Assembly: GCA_964036045.1 (NCBI GenBank)
Contig: OZ038378.1
Span: 114,328,001-114,392,000 of the forward strand
Reading direction: 5' to 3'
Source: Eutreptiella sp. 'Long Island Sound 2002'
Lineage: Eukaryota; Protista; Euglenida
DNA length: 64,000 bases
The position numbers were made by a program, and so were the translations under genes. Shown piece after piece: positions 25,954 through 38,409 of this stretch (position 1 is the stretch's first letter; each line of letters starts with the position of its first letter). Under the pieces are notes generated by a model, which was not told the origin of the DNA, did no database searches, and worked only from the letters and a program-made list of their open reading frames with translations.

Positions 25954-26700
25954 CACTCTGTCTTTGGTGGGGACCAACCTCAACCTCCTACAGGTACGTG
26001 TGACGCAGACGACACCCTTTCCGGCGGTCGATGCTGTGCTCCGTTTCCGGTTGGCCGGACGGGCTGTAATAGGGTTTTTGCGTGTTCTCCACAAGAGGTC
26101 GTAGGCGTGGTGGACGTGTGCACCCGACGCTCGCGGCAACTTGTCCGTATTGGCTGCTTTTCTTACGTGGCCTTTGAGTACTACCACGATGGGCCGCTAA
26201 GGATGTGGGGCGAATGGGGCGTGGTGAGTGCCGACTTGGCGAAGGACTGTCCCATGCCCGGCAGCACCGGCAGTCCTGGTGTTGGCACCAAAAGCACTCA
26301 AAGTCACCCTGCGCCCTGGCAGGGTACACGATGCCCCATGAATGCTCACACCACCCACTGCAGAGTGCTTCATTTCGCCACAGACGCGCCAAGACCCAAT
26401 AAAAGGAACACCCACCACCTACTAGTGATGCTTACCCCGAGCGATAGCACAACACATGACGCCCCGTCCTATCCCATGTCACACCGCTGCTCGGAATCGG
26501 CGCCGGTGAATCAGACAACAGAGCGGACCGATTGCTACCCCCAAGCCTACCTATTCTAATATCTCTCCCACTATTTTGGACAAGGCCACGAGGCAGTCTA
26601 GGAGTATATTACTATGAACGAGGCAGCACTCAATGTGGTGACGCATTGAGTGGGGGTATATCTTGTTCCCCCACTCCGACCCACACCAACCCCGTGGGTA
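25954..26700 (+). pseudogene. LINE relic segment, continuous with 31537 onward once E2 is removed
   Basis: Removing E2 and one TA gives the in-frame join SPTPTHTNPVG-SHRTQRTCIH. Confidence 0.55.
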
Positions 26701-26829
26701 CCCTAGGTACCTGTATGAAAAGTAGTATTGTTCATGATTCATTTTTCGTATATGAACGATTCATATATGAACCATGAATTATGAATAGCTTTTATGAACG
26801 CTTGTTTGTGCACAGATTTTGTTATGTCT

Positions 26830-28610
26830 TACCCTCCCTCCGTCTTCACGGAGGTGAACATGATGCTTGTTCGGCTCCATGGTGCAACCAGTCTTCGGGA
26901 CAGCAAGTGTTCCGGCCTGTTGGCCCATTGGATGTCATCGTCCCCCCTCATCCGGGCCCCTTTTATGGAGGCAATGGACCACGCTTCCCTCCCGGTGGTC
27001 CACAAAACCAAGGTGCAGGCCATCCGCATGCGGAGGCCCTCTTTCCCGCACTTTGTCTGATATGGCTCCTTTTGGAGTTGGGTGCACCCTAACCCCGGTC
27101 CGGCTTCCGGGTGTTGTGAAAGAGCATCAGCCGCCGCGGCGACGCCTACACCGCCCGCACTGGGCTGCCCTTCCCACGGCCCATCCCCACACGGGACCAA
27201 TTTGACGCAATGGAAGTCATTGACCGCTCCGCTTGCGTTGTCCCCCGCGGTGGAGTGGGCCGACCCCCCATCGTCGGGTCGCTGCTGGCCCCTGCGGTCG
27301 TGGGCACAACACGTGCAATCCCGGCAAGCACTGTGCCAGTCTATTGACCAAACCCGCCGCCTCACCTTTGTGGTGCGGGGTAACGGGTATCCCTGCGCCG
27401 GTGGCAGTTGCTCCCAGCTATTGGTGGGGATCTTGAACCATGGTGTAAAGGCGCGCACACCCGCCGTGCTATGCGTCATCGGCATGGCCGTCACGCGGGA
27501 CAAGTATATGGTGGCCCTGGGCCAAATTTGGGCTCAGGTGCTACAGCTTTGTGATCCGCATTTTCGTGTTCATAAATTGTTCATAATTCGCGCGTTCATA
27601 ATTCGAGAACTGCCGTCATAAAACGCCGTGCTGCCGATTTATGAATTACGAACGCGTTTTATGAGCACGGATTATGAACACCTTTTATGAATAAAGGTCC
27701 TGCATTTCATTATTGACTGTAAAAAAATTTACTTGTGCGACAGCTGGGTGCCGGTAGCGGTCCTGCTTGGTAGGACCAGCCGTGGCTCCGGCAGCTGCTG
27801 GGCATCAGTGTGGCTCCCCAGGGGGGACCATTTTCAACGAGGCCGTGCGTGACAACACCGCCAAGCAGTGGAATGGCGTCGCTGCTCGGAGGACAACGCA
27901 GGCGTGTGCGACCAATCATCGTTGCTATCTGGTGACCCGCAAAAGTTTGGATGCGGCAGGGTGCACCGGCAAGCCGCTGCTGGTCAAAGCCAGAAACCTG
28001 GTATTTTTGAGCATTTTGCACTGTTGCTTGGCCTTCGGAAGGCTCTTCGTGGCCTTCCTGGAGGCCTAGGTGGGAAATCATCCCCCTGAGGTTGCAGGGG
28101 AGGGGCAGAAAATTCTGTACCGCAACCGGTGTGGTGTGCGTTTGGGGGCGCACAACGCACCGGACGGGGAGGAGGCACACAACCTATTCTGGGCCTGGGA
28201 TCAGATTGCGCCGCTGCTTGCCTACGTCCAGGAAGACCCCACGTGGCAAGCAATTGTGGGGGTGCCAACATTGCTACGCACTTTGTACTCCACCATTTTG
28301 GTTGTGCCGTGCCCTTCGTGCCGACCTGTTGCTGCTGTGCTTCGGGAACATTGCTGCGGGGAGTCGGATTTGTTCTTCCTCAAAGAGGCTTGTGATGCCA
28401 TGCTCGAGAGTGCGGATGCATGTGGGGTGGGATTGGCTGCTGTGTCAGGGGACGTTGTGGAGAGCGTAAATTACATTTTGAAGAAGAGATACAATGGGCA
28501 TGGTGCTAGGGGTGGGGGTGTGGGTAAGAGCGCATCGGGGAGGGAAGCAATGGTCGTCCAGCAGGTTTGGGAATGCTGGTTTCTCACCTTTGACCTGCCG
28601 TTGTTGCACT
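26830..28610 (+). pseudogene. Putative DDE transposase of E2 (CMC/Transib-like motifs), frameshifted
   Basis: FLSILHCCLAFGRL resembles the S-x-L-H segment, and VGLAAVSGDVVESVNYILKKRYNGHGARGG resembles the G-L-x-x-S...E-x-x-N..K catalytic-Glu segment. The family assignment is inferred by eye. Confidence 0.5.
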
Positions 28611-28726
28611 ACCCTCAACCCACGCGCCACCTGCGACCCAGCTTTCTTACTCTTCGCCCATCCATGGACGCCGCCGAGCTGAGGAAGCTGCTGGAGGAGA
28701 GCCAAAAGGCAACGCTGGCCCTGGTG

Positions 28727-28861
28727 GTATGCTGTCTGTCGCGTTTATATTGCGTTGATAATTCGGCATTCATAAAACCGAAACTGCCATCATAAATGAA
28801 TTATGAGCCGATTTATGACGTGATGAATTATGAACCGCTTTTATGAACGAATTATGAACAG
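28727..28861 (+). other. Spliceosomal GT-AG intron filled with TTCATAA/TTATGAA inverted motifs
   Basis: GTG|GTATGC donor and AACAG| acceptor; phase-0 removal restores a coherent frame. Confidence 0.7.
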
Positions 28862-29952
28862 CGTCCCCCATGTCCACAAGAGCGGCGACTGGCAGCACAT
28901 GCTCCAGCTCCTCCGCCTCCTCAAGCTCCACCTCCACCTCCACCTCCACCTCAAGCTCCTCCGCCTCCTCAAACCCATCCCCTATCCTACGCCGTTTACC
29001 CCGCCTCCGCCTCGCGACCCGCCGCCGACTTCTCGAGTGAGGAGTCAACAGACTCCTCGGAGCACGAGAGGAAGAGGAGAAAGAAGGAGAAGAAGAAGGA
29101 GGAGAAGAAGAGGAAGAAGGAGAAGAAGAAGGAGGAGAAGAAGAACAAGAAGGAAGCAGCCCGGGGGAGGGGGTGAAGGAGGAGGAGGCCGCAACCGACA
29201 TCGAGGAGGTGAAGGCCGACGTCGAGAATATCGCAGTGGAGGTGGAGGGGGCAGGGTGGGGGGGGTTTTGGTTGTGACCACGTGGTTGAAGGGGGAGGCA
29301 GGCCATGCCTGGGGCCTCAGCCATGCCAACCAGCGCAACATGCTAACCCTCCCCTGGGCGCAAGGAGCGCTGGACAGTGGGTACTCCCTCGGTGCCCCCC
29401 TTTTTTCGAGCCCTGAGGTGACTTGCGTCACCCTGCGGTGGGCATTCCGGCGCATGTTGCGCCACCGCATTCGCAACACGGGGGAGGGGGGGGCCTGGCG
29501 CTAAGGGGGGGGGGGGCATGGGCATCATAGCCCTTGCCGAAAAAACCCCTGTCCCCCATCCCCGAACCAATTGGGGCTGGGGATTTGACGCAGGCGAAAT
29601 TTTTTCGGGGCCGTGGGGGGCCTTGATGCGGAGCTCCGGCTGGGAACTGTTGTTCCTCAAGTGTGAGGAAAGGGGGTGGGTGAAGCGCTCCAAGCGCAAG
29701 TTGGAGTGCATCCCCCAGTGGGAAACCATTTTGGGGGGGGTGTATGACCCGGGGCAGGAGGCCTCGTACGAGGGGGCCGTGGAGGGCCTCACCATCACCC
29801 GCCCCATCATGCCCCTTGGCCACGCCGCCCCGGCCACCAGCAGCACCACAGGCCCCACCGGCGCCCCCCAAGGCGCCCCTCCCAGCGCAGCAGCGAACAT
29901 GCGGACCGTCCTGGGCGCCATGGGGACCATCGGACCACAGCCGGATTTTGAG

Positions 29953-30082
29953 GTATGTGCGTTCATAATTCGTTCATAATTCGGCGTTCATTATTCAGCG
30001 ACCCTGCACTGCCCGTTTATGAACCATGAACGCAATTTATTCACGCGTTTTATGAACGCATTTGTGAATGGCACTTTCACAG
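29953..30082 (+). other. Spliceosomal GT-AG intron filled with TTCATAA/TTATGAA inverted motifs
   Basis: GAG|GTATGT donor and CTTTCACAG| acceptor; phase-0 removal restores a coherent frame. Confidence 0.75.
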
Positions 30083-31536
30083 GTCTTGGACATGGAAGTG
30101 AACCCGGCGGACGTCGCGGCGGTCCACATCCGGTACAAGTTGGGCGCCGCGGAGTTCAGCATCGCCCTGTCCGCCCTGTAACAGCTGCTATTGCTCAACC
30201 CCCAGCGGGGGTGCGCCATCGTGTCCGGGCTGCGGGAGTGGGAGCGCTCTTGCCACCTAACGGACACGTGGGCGGCGATTACACCGTGATGGGTAAGCCT
30301 GGGGGAGTTGGGGTGGGAAGAGTGTGCTGACGAGGAGAGCTTGCTTTCTAGTTGTGGGTTGAACCCCCCCAACCCCAGCCAGCCCCCCCTGCGCCTCCCC
30401 AGCAACGCCCCCCCCCCCGCCGAGGGACCCAAACCCCCTGCCGTGCCCCCCCCCCAAAACCCACGCAACCCAAAAAGACCCCCCCACCGAAGCGCTAGTC
30501 CTTCGAATCGGGCAGCAGCTCGTCGTCCGACCAAGCACTCCCCCGTGGACATAGGAAGGGGAAGGGGAAGCAGCTGCAGCAGCAAAAGCGGCGAGAGGAG
30601 CCCCCCGCTTTGGAGGGGGATGAGTCACCTAACCCCATCCTTGCTGAGCAGGTGTATGTGCCCTACACCGATGGTGGCTACCCGGGGGTTGTGACCTCGG
30701 TTGTGGGGGGGGCGGGGGGGAGAGTCTGGGTGGAACACCCAGGGGAAAAGGAGATGTTTCGGGTTGAGAGGCATGTGTTGTATGCCTCTCATGCTGCAGC
30801 AGTCACCCATTGGGAGCAGCCAAAGGCTGCAGCTGTAGGTAAGAAGGCCGCCAAGGCCAAAAAGAAGCCTAACCCCACACCGGACGCTAACCAGCCGGCT
30901 GAGCCGGCCCCTAAGCCAGCCAAGCCTGAGGCTAAACAGGCCCCTCAGCCCGAGCCCAAAGATGCCCCTCAGGCCGCCCCCATGGAGGTGGAGGCCCCAC
31001 CGCACCCCTCGGCCACACCCGCGGCCCAACCACCTGCCCAAACCCATGCCCAGGCCCCCTGGTGGGGGCGAAACCCAGGGCACGGCCCCCCTTTGGAAGG
31101 GCCCGAGAGGCCCCAGCCCTGAGGTGTAGGGCGGCATGAACAAGCAAGGACAAGCAAGGACAAAACAAGTACATGAAAGATTGAAGCCTCAGCGCTTTTT
31201 GTGTGGTTGTGCATCCGTTCATAAAACGCATTCATAAAACGGGTTCATAAAACGCTCGGCGCGTTCATGAAACGAGAACGGAATTATGAACTGAATTATG
31301 AACCGAATTGGGAACAGGGGAGGATGTTTTCACATTTTTCAAAATATGGCAAAAATGGGAATTTTTCCAAAAAACTCCCGGCGGACAAAAAAAAAACTCA
31401 CCCCAAGGGTGTTGACCCAGGCCCCCGAATTTTGAACGAAAATGGCCCATGGGTACCCTAGCAAGAGCAAAATCCGTTCATATTTCATAAAACCATTTAT
31501 GATGAACAAAACTAGCTCTCATACAGGTACCAAGGG

Positions 31537-32794
31537 TAGTCACCGCACACAGCGCACATGTATACACATACCAAACAACCACGCGCTGCCAACCACCGTT
31601 GCCCAGCTCATGGAATATCATCCTACATGCAGACGCTTCATGTACCATATGCCTCACCGAGGCCGCACGAGGCACAACCCTAGAGCCGAAAACCAACGCC
31701 CGAGGACAACTGCAGCAACCGCACTTGGCAGGCACCAGGATCTTCGGTGCCTCTTCCCAAGGTGAGCTCAAAACACTAGCGTTCCTAGTGGGCGCCGTTA
31801 ACGACAAACACAGCCGATCCAACGATGCACACATCCACGTTTGGATCGTTTTGGGTGTAGCAGTCGACTTAGAGATTATCAAGCGGTTGGCGTGCCGAAC
31901 AGTACACAACCCAACGGACTGCAGGGTTCGCACACAGGTGCCACACCTACGGAAGGCGCTACACCACATGCGCAGTTGCATCGCCCTGCACCTCATCAAA
32001 GAGGAGTCCCACCGTTACAACCTGGGCAACGGATGCACAGACATGCATGCGCACTAGCAACGCGCTGAGCACGCACCACACCTCAAGAAAAGTTCCCCTA
32101 CGAGACCACATGCACACACACTTGCAGCATATACGCCCGAATCCGGGCCCCGGCAAACCACAAGAATGGGTGCCTCAAGGTGTAATGCACAATGACACAA
32201 AATGAGCATACCACTACCCCCAACCCTCTGGACAATGGCACACATATAGGCCAGTCGGGCCAAAGTGTCCCTCATGGCAGAACTGCTATAACGGCTGCAA
32301 ACCGCCCTATCTTTCTCGGCCCTGAATGTGGCCAGTCTGCCCATACGCGTATAGATACGAGAGGCCCTGCACATGCTTGAGCACCTCCCCGTATTCCCGA
32401 AGGTAGCACAGTGGTACCACAGGAGAAACATTACCGTACGTCATGAGTTCACCACGTGCCCATGCCACCAACGGCAACCTGAGACATGGGAGCACTTCGA
32501 ACAGTGCCCTCTCACAAAGGACGGCTGACACTTGGCGATGTGGCGACCAAAGGTCACCATCATGCGCCACGCCCAATGGAGCCCACGGGCCACGGCATGT
32601 CCTTGGGAAAAATGCCCCCCTCACAAAGGCAGCAGCGCTTAACGTGCAGTTCACAGCACTCCAGCAGGCGGAGGCATATCTAACACACAACACCCCACGT
32701 CAGATTCGCCTACTGCAGCAGACCACACCGGAGCAACGGGCATACTATGACACGGTTATCAAGTCCCTTCAGCTGCAACCCAAGAATTCTCCTA
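31537..32794 (+). pseudogene. LINE relic: RNase H-like and C-terminal Cys/His segment
   Basis: SSQGELKTL...HLIKEESHRYNLGNGCTDMHA (RNase H E...H..GN..D pattern); WRCGDQRSPSC...RHVLG downstream. Confidence 0.55.
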
Positions 32795-33599
32795 GGCGGC
32801 TCTAAGCGAGTGGTCGGCCAAACCCGAAGAGCGTTTCGGCCCATGGTGAAAAATCACAGTTTTAAAAGGGCCTTGCGGGGCCCTCCTTCATGAAACGGTT
32901 GTCGTAACCCATGTTTGGGGAAACAATGTTGTTTCACAGCTAAGTGTCCCATCAAAATTTCAATATCCCACATCAACGTGTCACATCGCAGTGAAAAAAA
33001 CCCGGTCTTGAACCCCCCCGACCGTGATATACGTGTGTATTGTTTAGAAACCACCATTCTGCATTGAGGGTTTTATGTTGAATCAAACCATCTCCTATGG
33101 TGGAGCGCCTATTTGACACCCGCCAACATGTTGGTGGTGTGTGGTTGCTTGGCAACCTATGAATCACCTCGAAATGAAAAGTGAAGGGTAGCAAGCAACC
33201 ACAGGCAAGCAGTGAACAGTGCATAGTGCGTTGATGCAGAGAGGCATGCTCTAGCACCATTGTATTGGTGAACAAACAGGCTTCGGTAACAAAAATAATG
33301 CACTTTGTGAATGAATACACATAGAAGAACACGTAGTCAAACCTCAGATAACGTGTACTGGTACAACAAATAACACACAAAAACACATCAATATAGCATT
33401 CTAAAAATGGCAATCTGCTCCGGAACGCTTTGCAGAGCGCTCTTCGATTGATAACTAAAAAAACGAAGCATGCCATGTTGCACACCATTGCCTGCCGCAA
33501 CAGGGGGGCGAAAATAGTAAACCCAACAGAAACAGACCCCTACAAGAATTGCTTCTCCTAACACGCCACGTTGGGCTTTGGTTTGGCGACTCTTGCACC

Positions 33600-35650
33600 T
33601 TTCACCCTGTTCTGGAAGTAATCAACGCTCCCGGACCGTTTGAAGGGCTTGTTGTCAACACCATTGCTGGACCTGGAGCACTCATCGTTGTCATCCTTGG
33701 CACCTGGGTCCTAGCTCTGTCTTGTCCTTTCGGCTCGTGTGGTTGTCTTTTAAGGCTCCAAGCCATCGTCCCCATCCTCGGTCATTTCATCTACATTGTC
33801 ATCACTCTCCTCGAACTTCACTTTCTCCAACCGAACCGGTACCCCATTGACAATATCCTTTATCTATCTGGCCCAGCCAATGATTTACAACGCATCGAGT
33901 TCCTGAATTGTGTCCCGGCTGTCGGAGATGAATTGCTGCAAACCAGAAGGCTTTCTATTGTATCCCATACACGTGTTGAAATTCTGAACCAGTCCATTAC
34001 ACAAGTGGGCATGCATGATAGGGGGTGGAGCAGAAAATCGAAGGCTCCTCACCGGGCGCCCACTTCGGCGGTGGCGCAATACCAAGCAGTTGCAGCAACC
34101 AACCACCAATACCAATAGTGATTTGCGATGCACAAGACCCCTGATCAATATTGAGGTAGTTGGCGACCTCCAGACTCAACTCGTTTACTGTGCCTATCAG
34201 GGCTAGCCGTTCGGAGTATCGATACAGACCGTGGCTTGTTGATCCATTGTATATCTAGACCTCCGCCCATTGCCATGCCTTAGTTGCGTCTACGTCCTTC
34301 AGCGAGTGACCAATGTGTTTCACGTCCCCAGGCTTGCTAGCAATGCGGATAGGTGCCTGGTGAGTGTGCAATGTGGCAATCACGGGATGAATGTCCTCTC
34401 TACCATCTGGTCCCAGTTACCAAAGAATCTATGATCAAAACAAAACAAGACGGAGAAATTTTCTTGGAATCCGGAAGAAGAACGCTCCGCTGTGCGTTCT
34501 GCCAACGTGGAGGAGAAAGAAGCCGTCCTTCTGGCTTTATGAGAAATTGCAAAACTTGATAAGCAGACGTGTCCAATATGGAGTGATGTGATTGTGATCA
34601 ACTGCACGTTATGCTTGCCCAATGTACCTTGTGAACCACGTTTGGACAAAAACCGCTCTCCAAAACGTTCTTGGCATGATTTGATATTACATGACGCGTT
34701 CACAACCGTGTTCAATGGGCGGAACGCTCTGCAAAGCGTTCCTGACGAGCTCTGCTTTATGAATGGCATTGCATTGCCATTTTGCATTTCAGTAATCATC
34801 TACAGTAAATTGAGACCATGCCTCGGGCTACGGCCGGACCAATAGTTCAAGGTGATGTTGTTACAAGACTTCCCATACGCGGTTTCCGATTTTGGACAGT
34901 CGCAACGTAGAACAGCTGTGTTGCATTGCATTGTGGTCCCTCGTGATCTGTCACCTGATCGTCAGCTTCGTATCCTCGTTGATCATGTCGCATTGCACAT
35001 GGGATAGCGATGTCGGTAAGGCCTTGCCAGCTTGGAGGTACTCTGCTTGCAATTTTGAAAACCCATACATATGTGCTGCCCACCAAGGACCCGGACTGCA
35101 CCACCTAAATGGGAAGAGTGATACAAGTAACACTAGTGATGACTCAACAGTGCTGCAAGGTTTGGAGTGCATGACAAATGCATTAGACATGCTGCAACCG
35201 GGAAATCGCTCCGAAATGCTATGCAAAGCGTTTTGGTGACAAAACCACCTTTGTCAAGGTCAAAATGGATACGAACGCTGTGCCGAGCGTTCTTGGTGGG
35301 GAAGTGGTTCATGTACCTTCATCTTGCTCGGCCAAAATGGTAATCAACTTCAGCACTGGATTCTGCTTCAAAGACACCAGCCGTTTGGCCACCTCCTTGT
35401 CATCACGCTTCCTCGGCTACCCTTGTTGAGAGTGCAGATCAAATCGTAGTTGTGTGATCCGCACTTTGACCGACCCGCGCGCCATGTACTCTGTGAGATC
35501 TCATCCAACCCGCTACTTCAACGGCTTGCCTGCGGGCACCGTTGCTCCCTTCGGTCCAGCTATTGCTTGGCTAAGTTACATCGCAGTTGTATCTGGTTGT
35601 GATGTGTCGTCTGTTGTGAGCACCAGGGTGCTTGTGCAGCGTGCCATGGC
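33600..35650 (-). pseudogene. Highly degenerate ORF of the TA-flanked element, possibly a DDE transposase
   Basis: Fragments RIHFDLDKGGFVTK and ITSLHIG plus an acidic tail (KFEESDDNVDEMTEDGDDG) are spread over frames with many stops. The similarity to CMC-type motifs is weak. Confidence 0.3.
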
Positions 35651-35989
35651 AAAAGAAACGGTTTAAACAATTGAAAGAGGAGCAGTAGGAGAGCACTGTA
35701 AGAGCAAAACCCAACAAGGCAGTGGTTCGACAGGCGTGGTGCTTACAATTTCCGACCTCCAAAAAAGCGGGGGGGGGGGGGGGCTGGTGCAGGCTGGTCT
35801 ACTCATCATATACAAAAGTGACATCGGCCCACGCCCAATCCAAAACCAACACAGACAGCACACATGGATCACAGCACACCACAGGTGTAACAGGGGCGGC
35901 CTCAACAGCGGAGGTCGCATCATCACCCTGATTCCCCCCTTACCTCCTGACATCCACAGCTCATACATACACAAACACAAAACCAACAC

Positions 35990-38409
35990 TGATGCTTGCT
36001 CCTCCACAGGACATTCTGATGTGACTTGAGGCAAGATTTGGTAGAGATACGCAGACCCTTCGCCGTGACGAATGCCCCTAGCTGTGGACCCACACTGTCC
36101 ATACACTCCTTGTCACGTGACAAGATCAGGACATCATCCAAATAGTGGAAACGATGGATGTCGAGCCCCACCGCGTGGTTGTCAAAGACCTCCCTCAACA
36201 ACGCCGCCAACGTGTCCTGTGCCAGTACCGGGGAAAACATCCACCCGAACGGGAGGCAGTGGAAGTGTGCCTCTTGTATGCGAAATAGTCCCCTATGCTA
36301 AGCCGGGATTCGCAGGCTCCAGTAGAAGTTGGATATGTCCAAGGTGATGCCCCACAATGGTGCTCCTTGGTGTATCTCCCTTTGGATGGTCTGAAAGACC
36401 GTATGAATGGACGGAAGCTTGACCTTGCGCAACGGCACCTTCGAGCAGTCATTCAGATTTCGCATGTCAATGATGAACGAGCACGTCACATCATTTTTGG
36501 GTTTAACGAACGCCGACACATTGTCCGTGAGGTCTTCCCACTCAGGGGCTCCCAAACACCCGGGGTCACGACACAGGAACCCATCACCCACCAGCACTCC
36601 AATCATGCGCCTGGTGTGTAAAGACGGTTGCCACACATCGAATCTCCCACAATCCGGCCCCAACTTCCAATTCCGTATATCCCAGAAGAGGCGCTTCAGG
36701 ATGTTCGCGTTCCATACATCCAAGGGGATATCCAGGCTGCCCCTCTCTCCAAGACCCGCAGCAATCATTCCTTCTGAGATGCCTCCTGATGGGCCATCTC
36801 CTTCATAACCGTCGTAGTCCTGACCCATTAAGTCCCGGTTAAGCTTGTGTAGAGCATCCATGTGACTCAAGATTCTTTCCAGGTGCGCCTGTCGACCTTC
36901 CACATCTCTGAGGCGCTCCCGCGCTCGGAGGATTACCGCAAGCGTGGCCCTGAAAAGCTCATTCCGCGGGATATCAGAAACTTGCTCAACCCGTCTCGAT
37001 GCCGACCACGCACATGACCGCGCCCCTTTATATGTTACCCACGCTCCTGCTGCATGCCCTCCTTCAACACCCATGAGCGATTTCATCCTTCTTGGTTTGT
37101 GTTGTCCATCTACCTTGTTGCCGGGTAATACATGCACCGACTCCCTGCCCTCCCCCACTGCCCCATAGCCCGTCCGGCCATCCGCCTCTTCACGTGCTGC
37201 GTCTCCTGTTACCCCTCCTGTCGTCGGTCTCCGAGGTGAGGGGCTGTCCGAGGATGATCCAGTGCATGTGGAATCCCCAGAGTCGCTCTCCGCAGTGTCC
37301 CCCTCAGGGACATCGTAGGCCTCAGGTGCCCAAAATTCCGTGCATCGCCTGGTTGTCGTTCCCCCAATCCATGGTTTCCCCTTGAGGTAACTGGGGGGGG
37401 GGGGGGTTGGTGCCTTGAACGGGTGTCGGATGCGCCCTGCGTGTGGGCAATTGATGTAGGCCATTGCCGTCCTTGTGCTACTCCACCTGAACCATGCTTT
37501 GATGGTTGGGAGCTTTCCCCCAGCCTTGTACATGGTCGCTGGTCCCAGGCGTCGCCATGCATGCCAACTGAGATCCTTCCACTTGGATCCACGCAAGAGG
37601 TTTTCTATGATGTTTTGCAGTTTGTCCTTAGAGACCAGCCGCTGGAACTTGTCGAGGTTCCACCGTCTTTGCGCAATCCAGGCGCAGATGAGCATCCATT
37701 TGAGGGCCACTCCCGAATCCGTACGGGTAATCCAAGCATTGTGGACTTTGCTGTCATGGAATTCTGCCGTTCCTGCCAGAACCCCCAACCTTTGGAAGCT
37801 GATGCTGGCCGCCTCGCCGACTCTGAAGCCCAACAGCGTTGAAAGTACCGCGAGTCCCACCACACACCACTGCAGCTCTGAATCCGCCTGGTGTGCCATG
37901 ATCTGCAGTGCCTCAAAACTGCCCCACTCCCGTGTGGACTTCTCTTCCAGTCGTTGTACCGCCTGGAACGCCCTCCACGGTCTTTTTGGAACCGGTTCGC
38001 CGACCATCCCCATTGTGTATGCCATGACAGCTGCATTGAGGATTGTCTTGTTTGGGCTGCTGCCTTTTCCCTCTCGAATGGCATCATACACGACTTCTTC
38101 CAGGATCTTATATGGTCCCGACTCCGGCCTGGCCATGTGCGTCTGTCGGAGTTTTCGCATGCCCGTCTTCTATGTACCCGGCAATGTTGTGCCACAGGAG
38201 CTTGCGAGGATTTGCCAGTTGTTTCCCAGGATCTCGTCCTTGTTGTCCGCCTTGGCTCGACACAGTGCAGCATACGCCCGTTTGTATGCAGGCCACTCCC
38301 TGGGAATCTCGTCCTCTTCGCTTTCCACCTCCACTTCTCCGTCATCCCCAACGAACCGGCTTGGGGTGCCCTCTGCCATGCACCCCCCTTCCCCCCCTTC
38401 CAGGGGGAG
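35990..38409 (-). pseudogene. YR-RT coding region (YR and RT N-terminus in one 620-aa ORF, 36298-38160)
   Basis: GFRVGEA, WHAWRRLG, WFRW, TAMAY (YR); SAFVKPK, FIIDMR, LDISNFYW (RT); after a frameshift HCLPFGWMFSP and HYLDDVL. Confidence 0.9.

Larger units (their letters stand above)
28664..31122 (+). pseudogene. Second, spliced gene of E2 (TnpA-like position): Pro-rich and K/E-rich tracts and a C-terminal Tudor-like domain
   Basis: Splicing GT28727..AG28861 gives MDAAELRKLLEESQKATLALV-RPPCPQERRLAAHAPAPPPP...SSEESTDSSEHERKRRKKEKKK. Splicing GT29953..AG30082 gives PQPDFE-VLDMEVNPADVAAVHIRYKLGAAEFSIAL. The last segment is QVYVPYTDGGYPGVVTSV..GRVWVEHPGEKEMFRV. A few stops and frameshifts are present. 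Confidence 0.6.
26701..31536 (+). mobile_element. E2: two-gene, intron-containing DNA transposon (CMC/EnSpm-like), TA target duplication
   Basis: 35-bp TIRs 30/35 identical (ccctaggtacctgtatga... / ...tcatacaggtaccaaggg). TA at 26699-26700 and 31537-38; the empty-site join is in frame. GTTCATAA/TTATGAAC arrays are subterminal and internal. CCC termini with a 2-bp TSD are typical of non-plant EnSpm/CMC elements. Confidence 0.9.

Noticed and set aside
28770-29504. Poly-Arg, poly-Leu and poly-Ser ORFs
   Set aside because: They are alternative frames or strands of the spliced Pro- and K/E-rich exon of E2.
26750-31330. Clustered short repeats (TTATGAAC; also TTCGTACGAA at 43600-49750 and GCTAGAAC at 21550-25740) as CRISPR arrays
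   Set aside because: The repeats are 7-10 bp, degenerate and in both orientations, without constant-length unique spacers or cas genes. They are explained as transposon subterminal/intronic motifs.
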